From NCBI GenBank assembly GCA_965205265.1, contig CBDBGH010000003.1, forward strand, positions 1,344,001 to 1,408,000: DNA of 64,000 bases. Direction: 5' to 3'. Under the pieces are notes generated by a model. It saw nothing but the letters and a program-made list of their open reading frames with translations, did not search any database and was not told the DNA's origin. The translations under genes were made by a program, and so were the position numbers. Position 1 is the stretch's first letter, and each line of letters starts with the position of its first letter. Source of the stretch: Alphaproteobacteria bacterium (lineage in GTDB: Bacteria; Pseudomonadota; Alphaproteobacteria; Bin95). Positions 36,814 through 49,756 of this stretch are shown here, one piece after another.

Positions 36814-39537
36814 GTGAACGACACGATAACCATAGAGCCGGACGACATCGCGCCGGTTGCGCTCGAAGACGAGATGCGCCGCTCATATCTCGATTACGCG
36901 ATGAGCGTGATCGTGGCGCGCGCGCTGCCGGATGTGCGCGACGGGCTGAAGCCGGTCCACCGGCGCATCCTCTATGCCATGCGCGAGGGCGGCTACGGCT
37001 GGAACCAGCCCTTCCGCAAGTCGGCGCGCATCGTCGGCGACGTGATGGGCAAGTTCCACCCGCACGGCGACAGCGCGATCTACGACGCCATGGTGCGGAT
37101 GGCGCAGCCCTTCTCCATGCGCCTGCCGCTGGTGGCGGGGCAGGGCAATTTCGGCTCGATGGACAACGACCCCCCTGCGGCGATGCGCTACACCGAAGCG
37201 CGGCTCGCGCGGGCGGCCGAAGCGCTGCTGACCGATATCGACAAGGACACGGTCGATTTCCAGCCGAACTACGATGACAGCGAGCAGGAGCCCGTCGTCC
37301 TGCCGGCGCAATATCCGAACCTGCTGGTCAACGGCGCGGGCGGCATCGCCGTCGGCATGGCGACCAACATCCCGACCCACAATCTGGGCGAGGTGATCGA
37401 CGCCTGCTTCGCCTATCTCGACAATCCGGCGATCACCGTCGAAGAACTGATGGAATATGTGCCGGGGCCGGACTTCCCGACCGGCGGCGTGCTGCTGGGC
37501 CGGGAAGGCATCCGGCAGGCCTATCTGACCGGGCGCGGCACGGTCATCCTCCGGGCCCGCACCGAGATCGAGGAGCGGCAGGGCAACCGCGAGGCGATCA
37601 TCGTCACGGAGGTGCCCTACCAGGTCAACAAGGCGCGGATGACCGAGCGCATCAGCGAGGTCGTGAACCTGAAGCTGATCGAGGGCATCCAGGCGCTCCG
37701 GGACGAAAGCGACCGGCGCGGCATCCGCATCGTCATCGAGCTCAAGCCGGGCGTGGAGCACCGCGTGCTGCTGAACCAGCTTTACCGGCACACGCAGATG
37801 CAGGTCAGCTTCGGCATCAACATGCTGGCGCTGAACGGCGGGCGACCCGAGACACTCTCGCTGGATCGCATCATCCGCGCCTTCGTGGCCTTCCGCGAAG
37901 AGGTCGTCGCGCGGCGCACCCGCCACGATCTCGGCAAGGCGCGGGAGCGCGCGCATGTGTTGGTCGGCCTCGCGGTCGCCGTCGCCAATATAGACGAGAT
38001 CATCCGAGTCATCCGGCAGGCGGGCGATCCGGCGGAAGCACGCGCCGCCCTGCTGGCGCGGGCCTGGCCGGCGGCGGATACGGCGCCGCTGCTCGACCTT
38101 CTCGGCACGGCCGGCGGCGCGCTGGAGGACGGCGGCTACCGGCTGAGCGACGCGCAGGCGCGCGCGATCCTGGACCTGCGCCTGCACCGGCTGACCGGCC
38201 TCGAACGGCAGAAGATCGCCGAGGAGCTGGAGGAGGTGGCGGCGCGCATTCGCGGCTATCTGGAAATCCTGGGCTCGCGGGAGAAGCTGCTCGCCGTGAT
38301 CCGCGAGGAGCTCCAGAGCGTGCGGGACCGCTTTGCGGACGAGCGCCGCTCCATCTTCACCGACGACGAGATCGACCCCGACGAAGAGGACCTGATCCAG
38401 CGCGAGGACATGGTCGTGACGGTGAGCCAGGGCGGCAATATCCGGCGCGTGCAGCTTTCCACCTACCGGGCGCAGAAGCGCGGCGGCAAGGGCAGGGCGG
38501 GCATGTCCACCCGCTACGAGGACGCGGTCTCGCAGGTCATCATCGCGCACACGCACACGCCGCTGCTGTTCTTCTCCGCCTCGGGCATCGTTTACAAGCT
38601 CAAGGTCCACCGGCTGCCGCGCACGGGCCCGCAGGGGCGCGGGGTCAAGATGCAGCAGGTCATCGAGGCGCTGCCGGCGGGCGAGCGCATCACCGCCGTC
38701 ATGGCCATGCCGGACGACGAGGAAAGCTGGCAGGACCTCTCGGTCATGTTCGCGACCCAGAACGGCAATGTCCGGCGGAACACGCTTGCGGACTTCATCA
38801 ACATTCCCCGGCGCGGCAAGATCGCGATGAAGCTGGACGAGGACGACGTGCTGGTGGGCGTGAAGCCCTGCGGGCCGGGCGACCATATCCTGCTGGCGAC
38901 CCGGCAGGGCAAGGCGCTGCGTTTCCCGGCGGAGGATGTGCGGGAATTCGTCAGCCGCGCCTCCACCGGCGTGCGCGGCATAAACCTTCTTGAGGATGAC
39001 CGCGTTATCTCCATGAGCGTCGTCGATGGGTTCATGATCGACAGCACAGAGGAGCGGGATACCTATCTGAGCCAGAACGGCATCGGGGACCTGATTCGCA
39101 CGGCCGAACTCAAAGAGCACGAGCAGATGATCCTCTCGGTCGCTTCGGACGGCTACGGCAAGCGCACTTCCGCCTACGACTACCGCGTGACGAAGCGCGG
39201 CGGGCAGGGCATCGATCTGATGGCGCGCAGCAGCGAAGAGGTCGAGGTGGTCGCTGCCTTCCCCGTCGAGGACACGGACCAGCTTCTGCTGATGACCGAT
39301 GGCGGCCAGTTGATCCGCTGCCCCGTAACCGATATTCGCAAGGCGCGCCGGGCGACGAGGGGCGTGCGGCTGTTCAACATCCCGGAAGGCGCACGGGTGG
39401 TGCAGGTTTCGCATCTCGCGGACGCCAACGGCGCGAACGGGGCGCATGACGACGAAACGGACGGTGAGGAAGGCGAAGCGCCGGAAGGCGGGGCGGAGGA
39501 AGCGGCCGCCGCCGGCGATGCAGGAGAGCAAGAGTGA
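36814..39537 (+). CDS. gyrA: DNA gyrase subunit A
   Basis: [28 protein letters not shown], GyrA-box QKRGGKG. Confidence 0.97.
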   Translation: MNDTITIEPDDIAPVALEDEMRRSYLDYAMSVIVARALPDVRDGLKPVHRRILYAMREGGYGWNQPFRKSARIVGDVMGKFHPHGDSAIYDAMVRMAQPFSMRLPLVAGQGNFGSMDNDPPAAMRYTEARLARAAEALLTDIDKDTVDFQPNYDDSEQEPVVLPAQYPNLLVNGAGGIAVGMATNIPTHNLGEVIDACFAYLDNPAITVEELMEYVPGPDFPTGGVLLGREGIRQAYLTGRGTVILRARTEIEERQGNREAIIVTEVPYQVNKARMTERISEVVNLKLIEGIQALRDESDRRGIRIVIELKPGVEHRVLLNQLYRHTQMQVSFGINMLALNGGRPETLSLDRIIRAFVAFREEVVARRTRHDLGKARERAHVLVGLAVAVANIDEIIRVIRQAGDPAEARAALLARAWPAADTAPLLDLLGTAGGALEDGGYRLSDAQARAILDLRLHRLTGLERQKIAEELEEVAARIRGYLEILGSREKLLAVIREELQSVRDRFADERRSIFTDDEIDPDEEDLIQREDMVVTVSQGGNIRRVQLSTYRAQKRGGKGRAGMSTRYEDAVSQVIIAHTHTPLLFFSASGIVYKLKVHRLPRTGPQGRGVKMQQVIEALPAGERITAVMAMPDDEESWQDLSVMFATQNGNVRRNTLADFINIPRRGKIAMKLDEDDVLVGVKPCGPGDHILLATRQGKALRFPAEDVREFVSRASTGVRGINLLEDDRVISMSVVDGFMIDSTEERDTYLSQNGIGDLIRTAELKEHEQMILSVASDGYGKRTSAYDYRVTKRGGQGIDLMARSSEEVEVVAAFPVEDTDQLLLMTDGGQLIRCPVTDIRKARRATRGVRLFNIPEGARVVQVSHLADANGANGAHDDETDGEEGEAPEGGAEEAAAAGDAGEQE

Positions 39538-40079
39538 ACCACGAGAAGATCGGCCTTTACCCCGGCACGTTCGACCCGATCACCAACGGCCATATCGACA
39601 TCATCTACCGGGGCGCGCGTCTGGTGGACCGGCTGATCGTCGGCGTGTTCAACAATGCCGGCAAGGGGCCGCTTTTCAGCCCGGAAGAACGCAAGGCGAT
39701 GGTCGAGGACGAGATCGCCGCGCTGGGCGACCGGGCGGTTGCCGGGCGGATCGAGGTGCGGCTGATGGACGGCCTTCTGGTCGCCTATGCGCGCGAGCAC
39801 CGGGTGAGCGTGATCTTCCGGGGGCTCCGGGCCGTCTCCGACTTCGAATACGAGATGCAGATGGCGAACCTCAACCGCACGATGGAGCCGGATGTCGAGA
39901 CCGTCTTCCTCTCGGCCTCGGAGCACCACCAGTTCATCTCCTCGCGCTTCGTCAAGGAGATCGCGGCGCTGGGCGGGGACTCCTCGGCGTTCACCACGCC
40001 GCGGGTGATCGCGGCGCTGGAGGCGCGCTTCGGCGACGGGCGCAAGGTCGAGAGCGGCGCCGCCTCCAAGGTCTATTGA
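39534..40079 (+). CDS. coaD: pantetheine-phosphate adenylyltransferase
   Basis: [34 protein letters not shown]. Confidence 0.97.
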   Translation: MNHEKIGLYPGTFDPITNGHIDIIYRGARLVDRLIVGVFNNAGKGPLFSPEERKAMVEDEIAALGDRAVAGRIEVRLMDGLLVAYAREHRVSVIFRGLRAVSDFEYEMQMANLNRTMEPDVETVFLSASEHHQFISSRFVKEIAALGGDSSAFTTPRVIAALEARFGDGRKVESGAASKVY

Positions 40080-40131
40080 CCGGCCCTTGACAGCGCCCGC
40101 GCCGCCGCACAGTTTCGCCGCCGTCCCGGTC

Positions 40132-40207
40132 GGGCGCGTAGCTCAGTTGGTAGAGCATCTGACTTTTAATCAGACGGTCCCAGGTTCGAATCCTGGCGCG
40201 CTCACCA
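40132..40207 (+). tRNA. tRNA-Lys(TTT)
   Basis: 76-nt cloverleaf GGGCGCGTAGCTCAG...CTGACTTTTAATCAG...GGTTCGAATCC...CACCA. Confidence 0.97.
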
Positions 40208-40317
40208 TATTTTCAATGACTTGGTGGCAGATCGCTGACTCGCGGAAATGGAGCGTGTCAGCACTTTGCAGGCAGTGGACGTGGTGAGGCGGTCGCGACC
40301 ATCGTTAGAAAATGGGG

Positions 40318-40647
40318 TTACGAGGCCATGACCCGCAGTTTGCCGCTGCTGGTGGATTGCGGCTGGCGGATGACGATGTCGATGTCGCGGCCGAGCACGG
40401 TCAAGAGGCGAAGCAGACGCTCCAGCGAATATTCACGAAAATCGCCCCTGAGCAGCCGCGACACGTCGGGCTGGGACAGTCCGAGCAGGCGTCCGGCTTC
40501 GGTCTGGGTGATTCCGAGCTGCCGGACAATAGCGTCGATACGGGTGACCAGTTCGGCCTTTACAATATGCGCATCGGCGTCGGCAAGGCCAAGATCGGCG
40601 AAGACGTTGCCTGTGCCGGTTTCGACGGCGGCGTCGGATGTGGTCAT
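40318..40647 (-). CDS. XRE/HTH antitoxin (HigA-like)
   Basis: GNVFADLG, TQTEAGRLLGLSQPDVSRLLRG, SLERL. Confidence 0.88.
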   Translation of the reverse strand: MTTSDAAVETGTGNVFADLGLADADAHIVKAELVTRIDAIVRQLGITQTEAGRLLGLSQPDVSRLLRGDFREYSLERLLRLLTVLGRDIDIVIRQPQSTSSGKLRVMAS

Positions 40648-40651
40648 GGTT

Positions 40652-41008
40652 TCAGCCTCCTCCTTGTGCGCTGCGATAATGCTGTTCCGCGACCCTCAAC
40701 CTGCGCCGGACAAGGTCAAGTTCCTTCTTCGGCGTGGCAATCCCACGTTTGGCCTTTTTCTGGAAGGCGTGCAGGACATAGACTGCCGTTTCGAACCGGA
40801 CCGTATAGATGGCCCTGAAAGTGTCTCCATCGTGGCGTGACGCCACCTCCAGCACGCCAGCGCCAAAGCCTCTGAGCGGCTTGGCGTCGCGATGCCGAAG
40901 TCCGGCCTGGGCTTGGTAAATTGCAAAGCCCATGTGGCGCCGCACGGGGTCCGGAAACCGTTTCAGGTCGGCATTGCTGGTTCCTGTCCATAGGACGGGC
41001 TTTAGCAT
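40652..41008 (-). CDS. RelE/HigB (Gp49-like) toxin
   Basis: DLKRFP, AKPLRGFGAGVLE, FRAIY, VYVLHAFQKK; toxin-first gene order. Confidence 0.88.
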   Translation of the reverse strand: MLKPVLWTGTSNADLKRFPDPVRRHMGFAIYQAQAGLRHRDAKPLRGFGAGVLEVASRHDGDTFRAIYTVRFETAVYVLHAFQKKAKRGIATPKKELDLVRRRLRVAEQHYRSAQGGG

Positions 41009-41161
41009 CTTCGTTCATTCCAGATTATAGGGAGGCCACCATAAATCGACAAGTTAAGCGGTGCGAAATGCACCGACAAAGCATTGTTTGAGATCCTGCA
41101 TGTCATCCGATCGACAGAGCAGAGCTTTTCTTCGCCGCTGGGTAGCCGTGGAAGCTTCGCG

Positions 41162-41437
41162 ATGAAGGCGCTTCCCGAAGGCGTGGCGCGCTATGGCGGG
41201 ACGCCGGAGTTTTCGGACGGGGCGATCCCGGCGAACCTGCTGCGCTCGCATCGCACGAAGGCCGGGACCTGGGCGAAGATCGTCGTGCTGGAGGGGCGGC
41301 TGCTCTACCGCATTCTCGAACCCGAACATGAGGAAATCGAGCTTTCGCCGGAGCGGCCCGGAATCGTGGAGCCTGATGTTCTGCACGAGGTCGAGGCGCG
41401 AGGCCGCGTCCGCTTCCGGGTGGACTTCTACCGCTGA
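41162..41437 (+). CDS. DUF1971 (TehB N-terminal/YeaR-like) cupin protein
   Basis: TPEF...IPANLLRSHRTKAGTWAKIVVLEGRLLY...HEVE...VDFY. Confidence 0.8.
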   Translation: MKALPEGVARYGGTPEFSDGAIPANLLRSHRTKAGTWAKIVVLEGRLLYRILEPEHEEIELSPERPGIVEPDVLHEVEARGRVRFRVDFYR

Positions 41438-41440
41438 CCG

Positions 41441-42577
41441 TCAGCCCAGCGCCTGCTCCAGGTCCGCGATGAGCTCGTCGGCGCGCTCTATGCCGACGGA
41501 GAGGCGGAGCAGGTTGGCCGGCACGGCGCTATGCGGCCCTTCGACCGTTGCCCGGTGCTCGATCAGGCTTTCGACGCCGCCGAGCGAGCTCGCCGGCACG
41601 AAGAGCCTTGTGCGCGTCGCAATCCGCTTCGCGGCCTCCGCGCCGCCTTCGACCAGCAGCGAGAGCATGGCGCCGAAGCTGCCGCCCGTCTGGCGTTTCG
41701 CGATCTCGTGGCCGGCGTGGGACTCGAGCCCCGGATAGAGCACGGCCTCAATGCCGGCGCGGCCCTCGAAATGCCGGGCGATGGCGAGCGCGTTCGCAGC
41801 CTGGCGCTCATAGCGCAAATGCAGGGTGCGCATGCCGCGCAGCAGCAGCCAGGCCTCGAACGCGCCGAGCACGCCGCCCATGCGCGTGCGCGCCGCCCCG
41901 ATCTCCTGCCAGCGCTCGTCCGCGGCCCTCGTTGCCAGCACGCCCGCCAGCAGGTCGCTGTGGCCGGCGAGGTATTTCGTGGCGGAGTGGAAAACGATGT
42001 CGGCCCCGAGTTCGAGCGCCCGCAGCGTCACCGGCGGCGTCGCGGTGGCGTCCACGCCCAGGACCGCGCCTGCGTCCCGCGCAACCCCGGCGGCGGCGCG
42101 CACGTCGATTACGTCCCAGGTCGGGTTCACGCAGGTCTCGATCCAGACGACCGAGGTCCGGCCGGGCCTGACCGCCGCTTCCAGCGCGCCCGGTTCGGAC
42201 GCATCGAAGAAGTTGACCTCGACCCCGCGCCGTTCGGCGAGGCGGCGCAGCAGGTCCGCCGCGCCGTGATACATCACCCGCGGCGCAACCGCGTGGTCGC
42301 CCGCGCCCAGGCTGTCGAAGAAGGTCGCGACCGCCGCCATTCCCGAGGAGAAGACCAGCGCGTCCTCCGCGCCTTCCAGTTCCGCCAGCACCTCTTCCAC
42401 ATGCGCGACGGTCGGGTTGGCGTCGCGGCTGTAGGTGTAGCCGCTTGTCTCGTAGCGGTCGTCGCGCGCAAAGGTCGTGGCGGGATGGATCGGCGGCACC
42501 ACGGCGCCGGTTTCCCGGTCGAGGAACCGTCCTCCCTGGGCGAGCAGGGTGTCGAGCGAACGCTCGTTGCGGGTCAT
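41441..42577 (-). CDS. Cys/Met-metabolism PLP enzyme (cystathionine gamma-synthase/lyase family)
   Basis: AVVPPIHPATTF, YSRDANPT, FSSGMAA, HSATKYLAGHSD, SLGGVESL, LRLSVGIE. Confidence 0.92.
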   Translation of the reverse strand: MTRNERSLDTLLAQGGRFLDRETGAVVPPIHPATTFARDDRYETSGYTYSRDANPTVAHVEEVLAELEGAEDALVFSSGMAAVATFFDSLGAGDHAVAPRVMYHGAADLLRRLAERRGVEVNFFDASEPGALEAAVRPGRTSVVWIETCVNPTWDVIDVRAAAGVARDAGAVLGVDATATPPVTLRALELGADIVFHSATKYLAGHSDLLAGVLATRAADERWQEIGAARTRMGGVLGAFEAWLLLRGMRTLHLRYERQAANALAIARHFEGRAGIEAVLYPGLESHAGHEIAKRQTGGSFGAMLSLLVEGGAEAAKRIATRTRLFVPASSLGGVESLIEHRATVEGPHSAVPANLLRLSVGIERADELIADLEQALG

Positions 42578-43284
42578 GCGTTGCCGGGATCGTTCCGGCG
42601 CGCCCAGACGTCCTGCGGCGGCGTCTCGGCAGGCGCGCGGGCGCGGAGCGCGTAATAGGGCAGATATTTCCGGTATGCCTCCCAGAGGCGGCGAAGCTCG
42701 CCCACCGCGCCGTCGTGAAGGTCCACCCGGAGGTCGATATCCTCGACGATGTCCGCCCCGCGCACGATCAGCGCCGCCGAGCGCTCCGGCAGGTGCGTGC
42801 CGTCGGGCGAAGCCTGGCCGCCCGCATCGCGCCCCGCCTCGATTGCCTTGAGCAGCCGCTCCGGCAGGTCGTCCCCGGCGCGCTCACCCCATGCTGCGGC
42901 CATCGCCTGCACCGTCGCCTCCCCGGCCAGCACATTGCCGAAGACCGCGAAGCCCTCGCCGGTAATGTGGCCGGACCAGGGCCGGGTGCGGGGCCCGGTA
43001 TGCGCCGCGACGCGGCCGTCGGCCGCCGCGATGACAACCTGACGCCATTCGAAGTCCGGGTCCTGCGCCGCCAGCAGCCGGAGCACCCCGTCGGGGTCGG
43101 GCGTCTCCCTGAGCGCGGCGGTGGCTAGCGGCCCGAGCGCGGGGTTGGCGAAGGCCTGGGTCGAGAGCGCCGCCACGCCGCGCTCGAAGAACGGGCAATA
43201 GCCGCCGACGCCGAGCGAATAGGTCGTGATGCCGATGCCGAGCCGTCCCGTCTCCGGGCAGGCGCCGAGCGCCGTGAAGGTCAT
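42574..43284 (-). CDS. DUF1028 (Ntn-hydrolase-like) protein
   Basis: MTFTALGACPETGRLGI, STQA, AAHTG, GNVLAG, SAAL, DLRVD. Confidence 0.85.
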   Translation of the reverse strand: MTFTALGACPETGRLGIGITTYSLGVGGYCPFFERGVAALSTQAFANPALGPLATAALRETPDPDGVLRLLAAQDPDFEWRQVVIAAADGRVAAHTGPRTRPWSGHITGEGFAVFGNVLAGEATVQAMAAAWGERAGDDLPERLLKAIEAGRDAGGQASPDGTHLPERSAALIVRGADIVEDIDLRVDLHDGAVGELRRLWEAYRKYLPYYALRARAPAETPPQDVWARRNDPGNA

Positions 43285-43301
43285 CGCAGGTTCCTCCGCC
43301 G

Positions 43302-45047
43302 TCAGAACTGTTCGGCCGCCATCTCCAGCTCCGCCCCGCCGGCGGCCTTGACGGCGGCGAGGAGCCCGGCATGTTGCGGCAGCAGCGTGTCGGCATAGAA
43401 GCGGGCGGTCAGGCGCTTCGCCTCCAGGAACTCCCGGTCCTCCGCGCCTTCCGCCAGAAGCCGCGCGGCCGCCGCCGCGCCTCGGGCGAGCAGCCAGCCG
43501 CCGGTCGCCAGCCCGAGCAGGTGGCAGAACGGGACGGCTGCTGCGGCGGCCGCGCCGAACTCCCTGCCGAAGCGGCCGAGAATGAGCCCCGCCGCGCGCT
43601 CGACCGCGTCGATGGCGGCGGCGAGGTTCTCGCCCGGCCCGTCGGCGCGCATCAGGGCAAGCTGCGCGCGGAGCGCCTCGCCGCCGTCCCGGGCGAGCTT
43701 GCGCGCGACGAGGTCCATGGCCTGGATGCCGTTGGTGCCTTCGTAGATCGGCGCGATGCGGCTGTCTCGCATATGCTGGGCGGCGCCGGTTTCCTCGATG
43801 AAGCCCATCCCGCCATGCACCTGGACACCGAGCGAGGCGATCTCGACGCCGAGGTCGCTGCACCACGCCTTGACCACCGGGATCATGAGGTCCACCTGCG
43901 CCTGGGCCTCCGCGTCGCCGGTGCGCTGCGCCCGGTCGAGCGCGCCCGCCACCCAGTAACAGAGCGCGCGCATGGCCTCGATCTCGGCCTTCATGGTCAT
44001 CAGCATCCGGCGCACGTCCGGATGGTGGAGGATCGGCACCGGAGCCTTCCCGCCGGTCGTCTCGTCATAGCCCTGGACGCGCTCCATGGCGAAGGCGCGG
44101 GCCTGCTGATAGGCCCGCTCCGCCACCGCAACGCCCTGCAGGCCGACGCCGAGGCGGGCATTGTTCATCATCGTGAACATGTACTGGATGCCGCAATTCT
44201 CTTCGCCGACCAGCATGCCGAGCGCGCCGTCGCCCTCGCCATAGGCCATCACGCAGGTCGGGCTGCCGTGAATGCCGAGCTTGTGTTCGAGCCCGACCGG
44301 GCGCAGGTCGTTGCGCGCGCCGAGGCTGCCGTCCTCGTTCACCAGCACCTTCGGCACGATGAACAGCGAGACGCCGCGAATGCCGCGCGGCGCATCCGGC
44401 GTGCGCGCCAGCACCATGTGGACGATGTTGTCGGTGAAGTCCTGGTCGCCGTAGCTGATGAAGATCTTCTGCCCGCTGATGCGGTATGTGCCGTCGCCCG
44501 CCGGCACGGCGCGTGTGGCGAGCGCGCCGACATCGGAGCCGGCCTGGGGCTCCGTCAGGTTCATCGTGCCGGCCCATTCGCCGGAGATCATCTTCTCCAG
44601 AAAGACATCCTTCTGCTCGTCCGAACCGTGGTTCGAGAGCAGGTCCACCGCGCCCTGAGTGAGCAGCGGCGCCAGCGAGAAGGAGAGGCAGGCCGACTGC
44701 CACATTTCCGTGAGCGCCGTGGACACGAGCCAGGGCAGGCCCTGGCCTCCGTATTCGGGGTCGAAGGGCGCACCGTTCCAGCCGCCCTCGCAGAACTGCC
44801 GATAGGTCTCCCGGAATCCGTCCGCCGTGCGCACGACGCCGTTTTCCAGCACCGCGCCCTGGATGTCGCCGACCCGGTTGAGGGGCGCCACCGCTTCGTC
44901 GGCGAACCGCCCCGCTTCGGTCAGCACGGCATCGACGAGATCGACCGAAATCTCCTCCATGCCGGGCAGGGCGATCACCCCGTCCAGCCCGGCGATCTCG
45001 GTCATGGCGAAGCGAATGTCGCGGAGGGGCGCGGCGTAATCGGACAT
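43302..45047 (-). CDS. acyl-CoA dehydrogenase (long, DmdC-like group)
   Basis: GTMNLTEPQAGSD, GQKIFISYG, EHKLGIHGSPT, QVHGGMGF, IYEGTNGIQ. Confidence 0.92.
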   Translation of the reverse strand: MSDYAAPLRDIRFAMTEIAGLDGVIALPGMEEISVDLVDAVLTEAGRFADEAVAPLNRVGDIQGAVLENGVVRTADGFRETYRQFCEGGWNGAPFDPEYGGQGLPWLVSTALTEMWQSACLSFSLAPLLTQGAVDLLSNHGSDEQKDVFLEKMISGEWAGTMNLTEPQAGSDVGALATRAVPAGDGTYRISGQKIFISYGDQDFTDNIVHMVLARTPDAPRGIRGVSLFIVPKVLVNEDGSLGARNDLRPVGLEHKLGIHGSPTCVMAYGEGDGALGMLVGEENCGIQYMFTMMNNARLGVGLQGVAVAERAYQQARAFAMERVQGYDETTGGKAPVPILHHPDVRRMLMTMKAEIEAMRALCYWVAGALDRAQRTGDAEAQAQVDLMIPVVKAWCSDLGVEIASLGVQVHGGMGFIEETGAAQHMRDSRIAPIYEGTNGIQAMDLVARKLARDGGEALRAQLALMRADGPGENLAAAIDAVERAAGLILGRFGREFGAAAAAAVPFCHLLGLATGGWLLARGAAAAARLLAEGAEDREFLEAKRLTARFYADTLLPQHAGLLAAVKAAGGAELEMAAEQF

Positions 45048-45087
45048 TGGCGGCACACCGGAGGCATTGTCGGGAGGCTGGGAAATG

Positions 45088-45161
45088 TGGCTGGGCGACC
45101 TGGATTCGAACCAGGGCTACTGGGGCCAGAACCCAGCGTTCTGCCGCTAAACTATCGCCCA
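45088..45161 (-). tRNA. tRNA-Gln(CTG)
   Basis: Reverse complement TGGGCGATAGTTTAGCGGCAGAAC-GCTGGGTTCTGGCCCCAG-...GGTTCGAATCC...CAGCCA, 74 nt. Confidence 0.93.
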
Positions 45162-45289
45162 ACGCACAGGCCCCAACATATCGTCCATCCGGCCCGGTTT
45201 GGCAAGAGCCTCCGGCCGGCCCCGGCGCCGCCCGCCGGAACCGCAGCAATGTCGGGCCATCCCGGCTATCATGGCCGGGGAGTTCGGCG

Positions 45290-46294
45290 ATGCAACAGCA
45301 GCAGCGGCAGCCAGCGCAGCCCGGGACCGGAGCGCCGGTCTATGCGGCGCTCGATCTCGGCACCAACAACTGCCGGCTGCTCGTCGTGCGCCCCTCGGAG
45401 CGCGGCTTCGACGTGGTGGACAGCTTTTCGCGCATCGTCCGGCTCGGCGAGGGCCTGCAGATCACCGGCCGCCTCTCGGAAAAGGCCATCGAACGGACCA
45501 TCCGGGCCCTGCATATCTGCGCCGGCAAGATCAGGCGGCGGCGGGTCACGCGGCTGCGCTCGGTAGCCACAGACGCCTGCCGCCGTGCCGCCAACTGCGC
45601 CGGCTTCGTGGAGCGGGTGAAGCGCGAGACGGGTGTGGGGCTGGAAATCATCGGCGCGCGCGAGGAAGCGGCGCTGGCGGCGGCGGGGTGCGCGCCCCTG
45701 CTCGACCCCGCCCGCGGGCGCGCCCTGGTGTTCGATATCGGCGGGGGCAGCACCGAACTCATGTGGCTGGCGGTCACGGGAGAGGGCCGCGCCTGCCTGC
45801 TCGATTCGACGTCCCTTCCCTGGGGCGTGGCCCGCATGGCGGAGACCTTCGGCTCGGACCGGATTTCCGCCCGCGCCTACAGGGCGATGACGGAGGCGGT
45901 GGCGCCCTGGCTGCGCCGCTTCGACGAGGCGAACGGCATCTCCGCGGCGGTGGCGGCGGACGGGGTGCAGATGCTCGGCACCTCGGGCCCGGTGACGATC
46001 GTTGCGGGGCTGCATCTCGGCCTGGCGCGCTATCGCCGCGATCTGGTGGACGGGTGCACGCTCGCTTTCGACGATCTCGACGCGGTCTCCGCCACGCTGC
46101 GCCGGCTGGACAGGAAGGCGAGGGCGCGGCTGCCCTGTATCGGGCGCGAGCGGGCGGACATGGCGGTCGGCGGCTGCGCCATACTGGAGGCGATCTGCCG
46201 GATGTGGCCCGTCGGCTCGGTCCGGGTTGCCGACCGGGGGGTGCGCGAGGGCATCCTGTTCCGCATGATCGCGAATGACGGCGGGGCGGCGTGA
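45290..46294 (+). CDS. Ppx/GppA-family phosphatase
   Basis: AALDLGTNNCRLL, IVRLGEG, VATDACR, DIGGGSTE, DRGVREG. Confidence 0.93.
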   Translation: MQQQQRQPAQPGTGAPVYAALDLGTNNCRLLVVRPSERGFDVVDSFSRIVRLGEGLQITGRLSEKAIERTIRALHICAGKIRRRRVTRLRSVATDACRRAANCAGFVERVKRETGVGLEIIGAREEAALAAAGCAPLLDPARGRALVFDIGGGSTELMWLAVTGEGRACLLDSTSLPWGVARMAETFGSDRISARAYRAMTEAVAPWLRRFDEANGISAAVAADGVQMLGTSGPVTIVAGLHLGLARYRRDLVDGCTLAFDDLDAVSATLRRLDRKARARLPCIGRERADMAVGGCAILEAICRMWPVGSVRVADRGVREGILFRMIANDGGAA

Positions 46295-46995
46295 GCCGGC
46301 CTCCGCGCGCGCGGCCGGGGCGGCAGGCGGGGCTGAAACCCCGGCTCCGCACGGCGAAAGGACGCAAGACGGCGTCCACCCGCTGGTTGCAGCGCCAGCT
46401 CAGCGATTCCTACGTGGCGGAAGCCAAACGGCTGGGCCTGCGGTCCCGCGCGGCCTTCAAGCTGATGCAGCTCGATGACCGCTTCCGCCTGCTGAAACCG
46501 GGAAGCGCGGTGCTCGACCTCGGCGCGGCCCCGGGCGGCTGGACCCAGGTGGCGGTGGCGCGGGGCGCCGGGGCGGTGGTCGCGGCGGACCTCCAGGCGA
46601 TGGAGCCGGTGCCGGGCGCTTGCTGCCTGCTGCTCGACCTGGAGGGCAGCGATGCTCCCGCGCGACTCGGCGCCGCCCTGCCGGACGGCGCCGACCTCGT
46701 ACTGAGCGATATGGCGCCGCGCACCACCGGACATGCGGCGACCGACCGGTTGCGCATCGTCGCGCTGGCGGAGCTGGCATATGAGGCGGCGCGGGCGTTG
46801 CTGCGGCCTGGCGGCGCCCTGGTTGTCAAGGTTTTTCAAGGGGGTGTGCACCAGGACCTGCTGAATGCGTTGAAGCAGGATTTCGCCTTTGTGCGCCATG
46901 CGAAGCCGGATGCGAGCCGCAAGGAGTCCTCGGAACTCTACCTCGTGGCGACGGGTTTTCGCGCCTCGAATGCAGTGGCTTCACATTCCGGCTGA
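46291..46995 (+). CDS. rlmE: 23S rRNA Um2552 methyltransferase
   Basis: SRAAFKL, DLGAAPGGW, SDMAP, KPDASRKESSE. Confidence 0.95.
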   Translation: MSRPPRARPGRQAGLKPRLRTAKGRKTASTRWLQRQLSDSYVAEAKRLGLRSRAAFKLMQLDDRFRLLKPGSAVLDLGAAPGGWTQVAVARGAGAVVAADLQAMEPVPGACCLLLDLEGSDAPARLGAALPDGADLVLSDMAPRTTGHAATDRLRIVALAELAYEAARALLRPGGALVVKVFQGGVHQDLLNALKQDFAFVRHAKPDASRKESSELYLVATGFRASNAVASHSG

Positions 46996-47026
46996 GGCGG
47001 GTATAAGAAGGCGTCAACCCCGATGA

Positions 47027-49005
<1,979 letters not shown>

Positions 49006-49050
49006 AATTACCTTTTTATTCTGATTTTTAGAGATAATTCCTGAATATAA

Positions 49051-49078
49051 TTGACATTGGAAAATTATATGATAGTAT
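49051..49078 (+). promoter_or_regulatory. sigma70-type promoter
   Basis: TTGACA (49051-49056), 16 nt, TAGTAT (49073-49078), with extended-10 TG and an AT-rich upstream tract. Confidence 0.6.
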
Positions 49079-49416
49079 AGGGGTAGAAAGCAGCAAACGG
49101 CATCCTGGGAGCCGTGGCCTCTTCTGCTGCGCGCTGGCGCGAAAAGCCCCCGATTCGGCCAACAGGCGAAGTGCGCCCCGCGTCCGGCTCGCGCGCGCGG
49201 GCGCATCCGGGCAATCAGGCGCGCAAACCGCGCCGGCGCGAAACGCGCGCCCACGGGCGCGGGCGCCCGCGCAGGATACGCGCGAATCAGGGTCCGCCGC
49301 TTCGGGGAACCGGGCGATGGAGGGAATGGAACGAGGTGGAACGAAACGAGGTGAAGGAACGACATGCAGGATTGCGAAAACAGGGTTTCGGCGGAGCGGG
49401 CCTTTGTCCCCCTTTT

Positions 49417-49441
49417 GTCGTCCCCGCGAAGGCGGGGACCC
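49417..49441. repeat. second REP/RPE-type palindrome
   Basis: GTCGTCCCCGCGAAGGCGGGGACCC; degenerate partner near 49535-49560; related half at about 12860-12878. Confidence 0.7.
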
Positions 49442-49679
49442 GGCCCTGGCTCCCGATGCCGCCGCGGCCGATGGAGAGGAGACCGGGCTGCCGGGGCTGC
49501 CGCAAGAACCGGGGCTGGGTTCGGGGGCCGGGGCGACCCCCGCTCTCGCGAGGGCAGGCGGTTGGGGGCATGCAAGGCAACGCCACCGCAGGAGATGTTC
49601 GAATCCGGTAGCCCGCAGGCGGGGGAGGGCGGCAAGCTGAGCTTCATGCCTGAACCGGCTACAGGATATGAACTCTCGG

Positions 49680-49756
49680 CATGCAAAACATGACATCGCA
49701 TGACACACCGCAGGGAGTCTCGCAGGTCCTCATGACGAAACATGACACCTCATGAC
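49680..49756 (+). repeat. 10-bp-phased CATGAC arrays (two triplets)
   Basis: CATGAC at 49689, 49699, 49731, 49741 and 49751; CATGCA at 49680. Confidence 0.8.

Noticed and set aside
38980-39130. Lower-GC patch in the gyrA C-terminal domain as an intein or insertion
   Set aside because: Short, in frame, no intein motifs; consistent with a variable loop
45088-45161. tRNA as possible tRNA-Sec or suppressor
   Set aside because: 74 nt, short variable arm, CTG anticodon: an ordinary tRNA-Gln. No sel genes are in this window.
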